51,842 bases of DNA, taken from Gammaproteobacteria bacterium (GTDB taxonomy: Bacteria > Pseudomonadota > Gammaproteobacteria > JAADGQ01). The notes under the pieces are model-generated. The model was not told where the DNA came from. It was given only the letters and a program-made list of their open reading frames with translations, and did not search any database. The stretch's first letter is position 1. The number at the start of each line of letters is the position of its first letter. Shown one piece after another: positions 8,340-20,038 of this stretch. The stretch is taken from positions 3,631 through 55,472 of the forward strand of contig JAADGQ010000064.1 of NCBI GenBank assembly GCA_013152295.1. The letters are read 5' to 3'. The translations under genes and the position numbers were made by a program.

Positions 8340-11229
8340 TGTGTTGCGCATCGCCCACAAAGAGCTTGGCGCCTTTTTCTCATCACCGGTCGCTTATCTC
8401 TTTATTGGTGCATTTTTAGCCATCAACCTGTTTATCTTTTTCTGGGTCGAGACATTCTTCTCACGCAACATCGCTGACGTGCGACCGCTGTTTGAGTGGA
8501 TGCCGGTGCTGCTCATATTTCTCGCCGCCGCACTGACCATGCGCATGTGGAGCGAAGAGCGGCGCATGGGCACGCTGGAGTTTTTGATGACGCTGCCGGT
8601 CAGCACCACCCAGTTCGTACTCGGAAAATTCACTGCCTGCATGGGGCTGGTCGTGATCGCCCTGCTATTAACGCTACCGATTCCGATCACCGTTTCTCAG
8701 CTGGGTGCCATGGATTGGGGACCTGTGATCGGTGCCTATCTGGCCACGCTGCTCCTCGCCGCTGCCTATATCGCCATCGGCCTGTTCGTCAGCGCGCGCA
8801 GCGAAAGCCAGATCATCAGTCTAATCGGCAGCGTACTGTTGTGCGGTCTGTTCTATCTTCTTGGCGCTGAAACATTGTCCGCACTGGTCGGCAATCAAGG
8901 TAGTGAGCTGCTCAAGCTGCTGGGCAGCGGTTCGCGCTTTGATGCCATTAACCGTGGCGTCATCGACGCGCGAGATCTCTACTACTACCTAAGTATCGTC
9001 GGTGCCTTCCTGACGCTGAATATCTATACTCTGGAAAAACTGCGTTGGACACAGACTGGCCAACGCGGCAACCACACTCGCTGGCGGCTCGTCACGGTAC
9101 TGCTTGCCAGTAACTTTTTGGTAGCTAACATCTGGCTACAGCAAGTCGATCAGGCACGCATTGACATCACTGAAGGCAACATCTACTCGATCTCCGATAC
9201 AACAAAAAGCTATCTGGAACAGCTCAATGAGCCGCTGCTGATTCGCGGCTACTTCAGCGCCAAAACCCACCCGCTACTGGCACCACTGGTGCCACGTTTG
9301 CGTGATCTGATCCGCGAATATGCGGTCATCAGTGACGGCAAGGTGCGCGTGGAGTTTGTCGATCCGATGCAGAACCCGGAGCTGGAAAAAGAGGCCGGGC
9401 AGAAATTTGGTATCCGCCCGGTGCCGTTTCAGATCGCCAGTAAATATCAAACGGCGGTGGTCAACTCCTATTTTGACGTATTGATCCAGTATGGCGACCA
9501 GTACGAAGTACTCAGCTTTCGTGATCTGATTGAGATCAAAGCATTGGGCGAAACAGACTTTGAGGTTGAATTGCGCAACCCCGAATACGACATCACCCGC
9601 AGCATCAAAAAAGTGCTTTATGGCTATCAGGGCAGTGGCGATCTATTTCTCAGCATCAACCATCCTGTGCTGTTTAAAGGCTATATTTCGGATGACAGCA
9701 AGCTACCGCAACAGTTGGTGACACTACGCCAGGAGCTAAAGGAGTTGCTCGCCGAGTACAAAACCAACGCCGACGGCAAGCTGCTCAGTCAGTTCATTGA
9801 CCCCGATGCAGACGATGGTCGCGTCGCCCGTGAAATTGAGGAGAATTTCGGTTTCCGTCCGATGGCGACTAGCCTGCTCGACGACAACACATTCTATTTC
9901 TACATGACGCTGGAGGGCGATGGTCAGCTGATGCAGATCCCGCTGCCAGAGGGTTTTGACAAAGAGGGCATTCGGCGCAGCCTCGAAGCCGGACTGAAAC
10001 GTTTCGCCACCGGCTTTCTTAAAACCGTGGCACTGCATACGCCGCCACGACAACCTAATTTGCCTCAATTCGGCATGATGGGCGGCAACGACAAACAGTT
10101 TCAACTGTTGCAACAGGCGCTCAGTGAAAATACCAACGTGACCCCAACTGATCTGAAGGATGGGCGTGTACCAGAAGCCGCTGATCTGTTGGTTGTCACT
10201 ACGCCACAAGCGCTGGATGAAAAACAGCTGTTTGCTGTCGATCAATTTCTCATGAAGGGCGGCACGGTGGTGCTCGCCACCTCCCCCTTCGACATCACCG
10301 CCAACCGCACAGAGCTGTTGGCAAAAGAGAACCACTCCGGCCTGGAGCCGTGGTTAAAACACAACGGTATCGACATTGAAAAGAGCATGGTGCTCGACCC
10401 GCAAAATACACAATACCCAGTGCCGGTGGCACGCAATATCGGTGGCTTTACCATTCAAGAGATGCGCATGGTGGAGTACCCCTATTTCGTCGACATTCGC
10501 GACGATGGCATGGAGGGTGCAGGATCACTAACCGCTGGCATGAACCAGTTGACCATGAGCTGGCCCTCACCCATCACCATCGATGCCAGCAAAAATCACA
10601 ACCGCCACATTAGCCGACTACTGGAAAGCTCCGCCAAATCATGGACAGCGGCGTCACTTAACATCGTGCCTGACTTCCAGCGTTTTGGGCAGTATGGTTT
10701 TCAGCGCCAGGACAACGCTGGCAGGCAGCTGCTGGCGGTGGCGGTAGAGGGCAGCTTTGACTCCTACTTCAAAGGCAAAGCATCACCACTGCTCAACGAC
10801 GATAGCGGCGAAAGCGAAGCCACGCAGGCCGAGCAAGAGCAGAGCAGCAACACCATCAGTGGTGTTATCGACAAGTCACCGCAATCAGCGCGTATCATCC
10901 TGTTCGCTGCCAATGAGATGTTCAGCGACAGCACGCTGGAACTCGCCGCCACTGCAGCAGGCACCCAGGTGCTCAATCCGCTACAGCTGATGCAGAACAC
11001 GGTGGACTGGTCGCTGGAAGATCGCGGCCTGCTCGCTATACGCAGCCGTGGTCACTTCTCGCGCATGCTCATCCCCCTGGAGCAAGATCAGCAACAGTGG
11101 TGGGAGTACCTCAACTACGCACTGGCGCTGCTCGGGCTGCTCGTTGTCTACCTTATCAACATTCTCAAACGCCGCCGTACACAGCACCGTTATAAAACGA
11201 TACTCAACGCAGGGGGGAGTTCATCATGA
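8332..11229 (+). CDS. Fused ABC-2 family permease (GldF-like) and GldG-like auxiliary domain protein
   Basis: The N-terminal ~250 aa has six hydrophobic helices typical of ABC-2 permeases. A large soluble region follows, then a C-terminal TM (LNYALALLGLLVVYLINIL), as in GldG-type proteins. ATG 8332 overlaps the ATPase stop (ATGCTTAA); the ORF-track start at 8224 is rejected. Confidence 0.85.
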   Translation: MLNVLRIAHKELGAFFSSPVAYLFIGAFLAINLFIFFWVETFFSRNIADVRPLFEWMPVLLIFLAAALTMRMWSEERRMGTLEFLMTLPVSTTQFVLGKFTACMGLVVIALLLTLPIPITVSQLGAMDWGPVIGAYLATLLLAAAYIAIGLFVSARSESQIISLIGSVLLCGLFYLLGAETLSALVGNQGSELLKLLGSGSRFDAINRGVIDARDLYYYLSIVGAFLTLNIYTLEKLRWTQTGQRGNHTRWRLVTVLLASNFLVANIWLQQVDQARIDITEGNIYSISDTTKSYLEQLNEPLLIRGYFSAKTHPLLAPLVPRLRDLIREYAVISDGKVRVEFVDPMQNPELEKEAGQKFGIRPVPFQIASKYQTAVVNSYFDVLIQYGDQYEVLSFRDLIEIKALGETDFEVELRNPEYDITRSIKKVLYGYQGSGDLFLSINHPVLFKGYISDDSKLPQQLVTLRQELKELLAEYKTNADGKLLSQFIDPDADDGRVAREIEENFGFRPMATSLLDDNTFYFYMTLEGDGQLMQIPLPEGFDKEGIRRSLEAGLKRFATGFLKTVALHTPPRQPNLPQFGMMGGNDKQFQLLQQALSENTNVTPTDLKDGRVPEAADLLVVTTPQALDEKQLFAVDQFLMKGGTVVLATSPFDITANRTELLAKENHSGLEPWLKHNGIDIEKSMVLDPQNTQYPVPVARNIGGFTIQEMRMVEYPYFVDIRDDGMEGAGSLTAGMNQLTMSWPSPITIDASKNHNRHISRLLESSAKSWTAASLNIVPDFQRFGQYGFQRQDNAGRQLLAVAVEGSFDSYFKGKASPLLNDDSGESEATQAEQEQSSNTISGVIDKSPQSARIILFAANEMFSDSTLELAATAAGTQVLNPLQLMQNTVDWSLEDRGLLAIRSRGHFSRMLIPLEQDQQQWWEYLNYALALLGLLVVYLINILKRRRTQHRYKTILNAGGSSS

Positions 11230-12329
11230 ATCGCGCCATTACCTTGCTGATGATCGTGCTTATCGTCCAGGTGATTGCCGCAGTCACTCTGACGCAATCA
11301 CAACAGCACTTTGACACCTTTGAGGCCAATCAACCACTACTCAGCGCCACAATCAGCGATGCGGATACCCTGCGCATCAGCGTTGCCGATGAAGATACAG
11401 AGGCCGCTCAAACAGAGTTCGTGCTGAATAAAAACAACGGCAGCTGGCAAATTGCCAATCGTGATGGCTTTCCTGCCGACAACGCTCAGGTTCAGCGCCT
11501 GATCGAAAAACTCATCCACCTCAAAAAGAGCTGGCCAGTAGCGACCAGCGCAGCAGCAGCAAAACGCTTTAAAACCGATGCAGGAAATTACCAGAAAAAA
11601 ATCGTGCTGGCACGTGGTGAGCAGACACTGGCGACACTCTATATTGGCACCTCCCCCGGCTTTAAAAAGGTGCACGCCCGTGTTGAAGGTGACAGTAATA
11701 TCTACGCCATCGAATTCAGCACCTATGAAGCCAGCAACAAAGCGAACAGATGGTTGGACAGATCACAACTCACGATCAATCGCGATGAGATCAGTCAGGT
11801 CGAACTGCCAACATTCACCCTGAAACGGGTCAGCGATGAGGATGAAAACGCATTGACCATCAGCGACCTCAAAGAGAACGAAAGCATCGAGAGTGCGCAG
11901 CTTGAACAGCTGCAACAGCTTCTCTCCCAGTTGGCGAAGATCAACTTCACCGATGTCATCGGCAAAAAAATCGCTAACGTCGCGGTGGGCGAACCGGCCT
12001 TCGGCTACACCGTGCACCTCAAATCGGGACAGCAGATTCGTTACGACTTTTTCAGCATCAGCGGGAAAAAAGACTATCAACTGATCACCTCGGCAGACGA
12101 CTACCTGTTTACTGTCGATGCAGGCACCGTCGAAAAGCTGCAGCAAAGCAGCCGGGACACGTTCATCTCAACCAAAATTGCGCCAGTAACAGCAACGAAT
12201 GTTGAACAGCCTGATACCGGTCAAACAAGCGCGCTGATGGCACCCGAAAACAGCGCTGACATACCACCATCTGACGCTGACTCTGATGCTGGTTTAGAGA
12301 GGCAAACAACGAAACCTGGCAACCCTTGA
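11226..12329 (+). CDS. DUF4340-like protein, usual partner of GldG-type ABC systems
   Basis: 367 aa with an N-terminal TM anchor. ATGA start/stop overlap with the upstream gene. The family call rests mainly on the conserved gene order ATPase-permease-GldG-DUF4340. Confidence 0.7.
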   Translation: MNRAITLLMIVLIVQVIAAVTLTQSQQHFDTFEANQPLLSATISDADTLRISVADEDTEAAQTEFVLNKNNGSWQIANRDGFPADNAQVQRLIEKLIHLKKSWPVATSAAAAKRFKTDAGNYQKKIVLARGEQTLATLYIGTSPGFKKVHARVEGDSNIYAIEFSTYEASNKANRWLDRSQLTINRDEISQVELPTFTLKRVSDEDENALTISDLKENESIESAQLEQLQQLLSQLAKINFTDVIGKKIANVAVGEPAFGYTVHLKSGQQIRYDFFSISGKKDYQLITSADDYLFTVDAGTVEKLQQSSRDTFISTKIAPVTATNVEQPDTGQTSALMAPENSADIPPSDADSDAGLERQTTKPGNP

Positions 12330-12660
12330 TGTACGCCGCCAGCCACTCTTGCAACGAGGTTTTATTATTAAAGACAAGACCCCGGCATGCAGCCTATCCG
12401 GCCCTCACTCACGCCGAACAGCCAATATTAGCGAGTGGTTGAACAGCATTCAAAAGTGGCGTAGTCTCTACCTTCGTATGCGCATGCATGGAGGCTATTC
12501 AGCTCAGTTTTGCTGCTGTTTACAGCCTGAGAAAATAGTGGCGACAGGCTAAAGAACGCCCCCTAGTCCATCCGCTTCAGCTCACTGAGCTCCAGCTTTT
12601 GCCGTTACTACAGAGATAACCCTTTGCTGTTAACGTAACCGCAACAACATCAGACGCGCG

Positions 12661-12978
12661 ATGGCCCACGGCTTAAAAAACATGCTGTCTCTTGTGCTAT
12701 TGGCACTGCTGCTTATCAGCGGCTGTGCCCAAAGCATGCCGCGCAATACGATCGAAGAGTACACTGACGAACAGGGTGAACGGCGCTTCATCTTTGCTGT
12801 AGAGAAATACCACTATCAATATATCCGCCCCACGGTGCATGCGGAGAAGCTGCGTGTTCAACTGCTCACCAAGCACATCAAAGCACACCACTACTGTGTC
12901 AATGGTCCTTTGGTTACGGAGCGCCAGGAGGTTGGTGAACACTACATCTACCGGGGAAAGTGCCGACCGCTAAATTAG
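12661..12978 (+). CDS. Small lipoprotein, unknown function
   Basis: 105 aa with a signal peptide and canonical lipobox LLISGCAQ. Confidence 0.65.
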   Translation: MAHGLKNMLSLVLLALLLISGCAQSMPRNTIEEYTDEQGERRFIFAVEKYHYQYIRPTVHAEKLRVQLLTKHIKAHHYCVNGPLVTERQEVGEHYIYRGKCRPLN

Positions 12979-13197
12979 CCCTCCACGACCCACGCGACCG
13001 GCTTGATAGAGCCTTCATCCTCGGCATGACAAGCAATACCTGAGTACAGCACTTGTTTATAACCGGAAATAAAAGTGGTAGTCTTATGCTGCAGGGAAAA
13101 CAAGAGATTAGCAGGGTTTTGATCGTCAGCTGCGTCTGACCTGACCTTGACTGGTTACCGCGGATGGACCCTCCATAAGCGCTTGTAGAGGTTTGCC

Positions 13198-13692
13198 ATG
13201 AAAGCCTACTCCGCCACAACACTATTGATCCCAACCAACATCAGACACCCTCTGCTGCTGGCCTCCATGCTACTGCTCTCCGCCCCACTGCTTGCGGCTA
13301 ATGACACCGGCAACAGCCAATCCAAAGCCGTTGCTGCCAAAATTATTGCTGTGCATGGTGCTGACACACTAAGGGTCAACATCACCGGCTGGCCGGTACA
13401 GACAGGCCTGTTTCTGCCGCTCAAGCTCGGCGGGGTCGATGTACCCAAGCTTAAGGGCAAATGTGATGCCGAAGCGAATAAAGCACGCAAGGCGAAACGG
13501 TTTGTTAAAGCGGTACTTAAATCGACCCAAAAAGTCGAGCTGCGCGACATCAAGCGCAATCGTGAATACCCGCTCACCGCAGATGTCTACCTCGATGACA
13601 GCAGCCTGGCAGACAAACTCATCCGCGCCGGACTGGGACGACCCTATGACGGCAAAAAACGTTATGGCTGGTGCCCACCATACGGGCAATAG
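13198..13692 (+). CDS. Secreted thermonuclease (SNase)-like protein
   Basis: 164 aa with a signal peptide (LLLSAPLLAAND). The SNase-like layout is HGADTLRV...LGGVDVPKLKGKCDAE...ADVYLDD...LIRAGLGRPY. Confidence 0.7.
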   Translation: MKAYSATTLLIPTNIRHPLLLASMLLLSAPLLAANDTGNSQSKAVAAKIIAVHGADTLRVNITGWPVQTGLFLPLKLGGVDVPKLKGKCDAEANKARKAKRFVKAVLKSTQKVELRDIKRNREYPLTADVYLDDSSLADKLIRAGLGRPYDGKKRYGWCPPYGQ

Positions 13693-13722
13693 AGGGCATT
13701 TCCAGCAGCGCTGTCAACAACA

Positions 13723-16458
13723 TCACAAGGTAATATCCACGCCAGCAATGGCATCGTCACCATCATCGTAGCGCGGCTGGCAGACGTAGAGGCGCTCGTC
13801 AGCAATGCCTTTGTCTTTAACCAGATAATCTTTCACTACCTCCCCACGCTGCCGCGCCAGCGCTAACAGTTGCTCCCGATCAACCTGCGTCGCTTTCTCC
13901 TGCCCTGCTTGCGTTTCCGGCACCCCTTGCTCGGCATTGCTCTGCTCAGGCGCTTGAGCTTCAGCAGCATTTGATTCAGCTTGAGCCGCCGCCCTTGCGG
14001 CCAACACCGTCTGATCAGACGGTGCCGCCATGCCACATAGCGTCAACTGCAGCTGGGGTCGTTCATGCAACATATTGGCAATTTTATCCAGATAGTCATT
14101 CGTCGTGGCTGCGATAGTCGCCTCACCCGGCGTAAATTCAAGTGGCTGAAAACGCAGTGCCGTTGCCTTGCCAATCAACTCGCCAACAAAGATTAGCGTA
14201 CCCAGCGGTTGCAGCGCATTTTTAACATAGCTCATCGCCGCCATTTTGAGCGCCTTGCCCATCGCCAGATTGATCACACCCGATGGATCAAATTTTGGGT
14301 CGTTGATATCACCTTTGACGGGCAGATCAAGCGCAACATTGCCATCGCTATCTTTGAGAAGATCCAGTGCCGCATCAAGTGGCATCGACAGCTGCTGAGT
14401 CAACCCTTCAATCTTCTCAGCATCTCTCTCCTGCAGGCCAAACTTGCGCAGTAACAAGTGGTTGTTAACATCCAGCACACCATCCTTAATTAGCAGTTTG
14501 ATATCAGCATCCAGGCTGCCGCGACGCAGATCATAACCAAGATACTCGCCCGTATACGAAGAGAACGGCGGCAGATCGATCGACTTCAGCTTGCCGGTGA
14601 TATCCATCGATATCAATTCAGCAAACGGCAACAGTGTCCCGTTTAAATTGAAGCGGCCATATTTTCCAATGCGGCTATCGAGCACCAGCGTTGCCGGATT
14701 CTGCGGCGCACTGCTGTCCAGATCTGTAAGCTTAACGTGCAGTGACTTAACAGTGGTGCGATAAGCGGGGCTGACGCTGGCATCTTCGAACTTGATCCAG
14801 CTATCGCCGGTGATAGAAAACGTGGCAAGCCTGAATGATTGTATTGCGGGTTTTTCATCCGCTGCCACGGCAACATCGGCTGCGCGCTCAGCACTTCCGG
14901 CATCGCTGTCGGTCGGCTGCGCAGTATCTGCAGCCTCATCCTTTGCTGCCGTTAATCGATCAATCAACCACCACTGACCCTTTTTATTACGCCTTAGATC
15001 AACTCCCAGCTTATCAAGCTGAATCGACTCGACGGCCCATGGCTGCTGCGGCACCATCGCAGCATCGATAACGGCAATCGTTCCAACATGAACCACCGTC
15101 GCAGACGACGCCTCGCCTAGCTTCAATACGCTGCTATCGTCAGCGCTCAAACGCTCAAGGCGAATCACGTCGTCTCTTATATTCAGCCCCTGCGCCTTCA
15201 ACGCACCAATCGCGGCCAACGTCAGCTGTTTGGCCGTATCGGTGACCGTTAAGGCGTTGACATCAATATCGGCATCGACACTCAACCCAGGGAATGTGGC
15301 CCCCTCCTCTGCTTGGCGAAAGCGCACCTGGCCACGCCACTGCAACGCCTGTTGCGCGATATGCAGGTCTGCCGCAAGCAACTTGAGTACGGTGCCTGCG
15401 GCGCTTAGCGTGCCATCGATGCGCAACAGATCTTGATCACTTTGTTGTGGGAACAACAAGGTCACATCACCATCCCAACCGATACTTTTCTGATCCAGCT
15501 GAAGGGCTTCCATCTGCAGCTGGATCGCATCACCATCGACATTACCTTTTATGTCAAGGGCCAGCGCCGCGTTAGCGTGATAGCGCGCTTTCAATTGCAT
15601 ATCTACGGAGAGATGCCCTGCAATATCGTCAATTCCCCCCGCCTTTAGCAGCGTTCGAAAAGGGGCAAGATCCAGCGCCGAGAGTTTTAGCTGCCCTTGC
15701 ATATCGGGCTCATCGGAAAACGGCGTCACTTCACTGTTCAGAGACAGTTCGCTACCATTCAGTTTCAATCGCGCCTCAACCATGGCGGGGCTTGAGCGAT
15801 CCCACGTCTGCACATTACCGACACGTAGCCGCTCAAGCTCGATGTGGCTCTCCAGCTGTTGATCCCGGTAGCGCAGATCGATGCCACTGATATTGAGGGC
15901 CGTTAAACCGAAGCTCCACAGAAGAGTCTGCCCCGGTGTCGGCGTCTGCTCAGCAGCGCCACCGTCTTGAGTGCTATTTGCATCAGGAGTTGCACCAGAA
16001 ATGACAAGACCACCCACGCGCCAGCCGCCATCTTGCAGCGCCTGAAGATCCAGCGACACATCATGAAGCGAGATCTTTTCGATCACCACGCGCCGATCCC
16101 ACAGTGATTTCCACTCCCACGCAAGGTGCAGTTGACCCAGGTGCAACACCTGCCCCGACTGACGGCCCGCGCTTAATCCATAGAGCGAAAATTCGCCACT
16201 GAACAGATTGAGATCGACGTTACGCACATCAGCGTCCGCCACACCATTATCGCGCAGCCACTTCTCTGCGGCGAGCTCCAGCGCAAGCGGCAATAACGAA
16301 AAAAAGGCGGTGGACAGAAGCAGGCACGTCCAAAAAAAACGGCGCCAAAACTTTCCGCGCACCGTTGGAGTGTTATTAGTGGTTGGCACAGCTTCCACTG
16401 CGGCAGCGCACTTATCAACGTCTGTCAATGTCGTTCCTTCGTTCAATGTGTCGTACAA
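13723..16458 (-). CDS. Large membrane-anchored DUF748/AsmA-like protein with a degenerate OmpA-like C-terminus
   Basis: 911 aa with an N-terminal TM (FWTCLLLSTAFFSLLPLAL) and long beta-rich repeats. The C-terminal EFTPGEATI...YLDKIANML...LTLCG block resembles DUF748 family ends. The function call is from memory of the family. Confidence 0.75.
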   Translation of the reverse strand: MYDTLNEGTTLTDVDKCAAAVEAVPTTNNTPTVRGKFWRRFFWTCLLLSTAFFSLLPLALELAAEKWLRDNGVADADVRNVDLNLFSGEFSLYGLSAGRQSGQVLHLGQLHLAWEWKSLWDRRVVIEKISLHDVSLDLQALQDGGWRVGGLVISGATPDANSTQDGGAAEQTPTPGQTLLWSFGLTALNISGIDLRYRDQQLESHIELERLRVGNVQTWDRSSPAMVEARLKLNGSELSLNSEVTPFSDEPDMQGQLKLSALDLAPFRTLLKAGGIDDIAGHLSVDMQLKARYHANAALALDIKGNVDGDAIQLQMEALQLDQKSIGWDGDVTLLFPQQSDQDLLRIDGTLSAAGTVLKLLAADLHIAQQALQWRGQVRFRQAEEGATFPGLSVDADIDVNALTVTDTAKQLTLAAIGALKAQGLNIRDDVIRLERLSADDSSVLKLGEASSATVVHVGTIAVIDAAMVPQQPWAVESIQLDKLGVDLRRNKKGQWWLIDRLTAAKDEAADTAQPTDSDAGSAERAADVAVAADEKPAIQSFRLATFSITGDSWIKFEDASVSPAYRTTVKSLHVKLTDLDSSAPQNPATLVLDSRIGKYGRFNLNGTLLPFAELISMDITGKLKSIDLPPFSSYTGEYLGYDLRRGSLDADIKLLIKDGVLDVNNHLLLRKFGLQERDAEKIEGLTQQLSMPLDAALDLLKDSDGNVALDLPVKGDINDPKFDPSGVINLAMGKALKMAAMSYVKNALQPLGTLIFVGELIGKATALRFQPLEFTPGEATIAATTNDYLDKIANMLHERPQLQLTLCGMAAPSDQTVLAARAAAQAESNAAEAQAPEQSNAEQGVPETQAGQEKATQVDREQLLALARQRGEVVKDYLVKDKGIADERLYVCQPRYDDGDDAIAGVDITL

Positions 16459-16493
16459 ATTTCAACCAATGGCACCCAGAAAGGAGGCCCGCG

Positions 16494-17798
16494 TTATTCG
16501 GTTGCTCGCTTGCGACTTAATATACTGTTATAAGCGTATAACTTGATGCACAACGATAAGACCTCTATCGCCTTTTCGATCTCATCCACAGCGGGGTACG
16601 ATGGCGCGATGCGGATGTTGCTGTTGCGCGGGTCGTGGCTATAAGGATAAGTTGCTCCCGCTGGCGTAAAGGCAACACCTAAATCCGCCGCCATTTTTAT
16701 AACCTCGGCTGCCCCCCCTGCGGTGGTATCCAGATTCACAAAGTAGCCGCCATCAGGCGTGGTCCACTTGGCTAATCCAGCGTTGCCTAAACAGTTGCCA
16801 AGCGTCGCGTACACCGCGTTGAATTTTGGCTCCAATATTGCCCTGTGCCGCTTCATGTGGCGAGAGATTCCATGCCGATCTTGCAGGAACAGCACATGCC
16901 TGAGTTGATTTAATTTATCCGGCCCAATACTTTTTTTACTGATAAATTCGATCGTGCTATTCAGGTTTTTAGTGCTGGAGGCAAAAACAGCAAGCCCTGC
17001 CCCTGGAAACGTTATTTTTGAGGTCGAGCCGAAAATCAGCGGTCGGTCAGGATTCCCGGCCTTTTCACAGGCATCAAAAATATTTTCAAGCGGCACAGGA
17101 TCATCGACCAGGTCATGCACAGCATATGCGTTATCCCAAAACAGCCGGAAATCATCCGCCGCTGTCTCCATTTCAGCCAGACGCAAAACGCTCTCTTTGG
17201 CGTAGGTGATTCCCGTGGGATTGCTGTACTTTGGAACACAGAAGATGCCTTTGATCAACGCATCTTCACGCACCATCTGCTCAACCATATCCATATCAGG
17301 GCCACTGTCTAACAGCGGAACCGGCAGCATTTCGATGCCAAATGCTTCGCACATTGCAAAGTGCCGATCGTAACCGGGAGACGGACAGAGCATTTTAACG
17401 TTTGGCAAGCGGCTCCAGGGCTGGCGCACGCCCTGTACACCACGGAGCATCGCAATGGTTAACTCAGTGTGCATCAGCGACAAGCTGGCGTTGCCGCCCA
17501 CGAGGATGTTTTCCACGGGAACAGAGAGGTACTCGGCAAACAACGCCTTCGCCTCGGCAATACCATCTATTCCACCATAGTTTCTACAGTCTATATTGCC
17601 CATCGAGCAGTACGCGTCACCAGGCAGTGACAGCAGTGGCGCCGAGAGATCAAGCTGCTCAGCGCATGGCTTACCCCTTGTCATATCAAGGCTTAATCCC
17701 ATATTTTTGTAGCGCTGATAGTCCGTGTCTAACGCCGCAATAATTTTTTGCAGCGCTTCGACAGAGAGGGAAAAAGCAGGCATTGATTCGATATTCAT
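16494..17798 (-). CDS. PLP-dependent aminotransferase, class I/II fold
   Basis: 434 aa. Contains SPGYDRH, YSNPTG and the Lys motif STSKITFPGAG typical of fold-type I aminotransferases. Confidence 0.85.
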   Translation of the reverse strand: MNIESMPAFSLSVEALQKIIAALDTDYQRYKNMGLSLDMTRGKPCAEQLDLSAPLLSLPGDAYCSMGNIDCRNYGGIDGIAEAKALFAEYLSVPVENILVGGNASLSLMHTELTIAMLRGVQGVRQPWSRLPNVKMLCPSPGYDRHFAMCEAFGIEMLPVPLLDSGPDMDMVEQMVREDALIKGIFCVPKYSNPTGITYAKESVLRLAEMETAADDFRLFWDNAYAVHDLVDDPVPLENIFDACEKAGNPDRPLIFGSTSKITFPGAGLAVFASSTKNLNSTIEFISKKSIGPDKLNQLRHVLFLQDRHGISRHMKRHRAILEPKFNAVYATLGNCLGNAGLAKWTTPDGGYFVNLDTTAGGAAEVIKMAADLGVAFTPAGATYPYSHDPRNSNIRIAPSYPAVDEIEKAIEVLSLCIKLYAYNSILSRKRATE

Positions 17799-18022
17799 TC
17801 TTCCGCTTATTCTTCTAAGTTATTGATTTTTTATCGATATTAAAGAGGCCAGGATAAAAACAATGTGACTGAACACTTTCGATACATTTGGATAACTGCA
17901 TGGCAGTCCTGACTGAAATTCTCATGAAGGCGTGAATGATGCGGTGGTAGCTCACAAACTGCGGCCAACTATGCCATATACTTACCCGTTTCTTCAAACC
18001 GTCACCCCAAACATAACTGCCG

Positions 18023-20034
<2,012 letters not shown>

Positions 20035-20038
<4 letters not shown>

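Noticed and set aside
9736-10335. Long antisense ORFs inside well-supported genes. These include 21650-22282, 27432-28118, 34524-35060 and 46387-46953.
   Set aside because: Each lies opposite a gene with clear family motifs. They have Arg/Cys/His-rich compositions with no signal or motif. Open antisense frames are expected in GC-rich coding DNA.
12330-12660. 331-nt gap searched for a riboswitch, sRNA or small gene
   Set aside because: I found only a 13-nt palindrome, AGCTCACTGAGCT (12570-12582), and an unconvincing 67-aa ORF. There is no terminator-like structure or recognisable RNA motif.
17799-18022. LexA/SOS box upstream of uvrB
   Set aside because: No CTGT-N8-ACAG-type motif is present. 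There is only a 4-bp CTGC/GCAG dyad.
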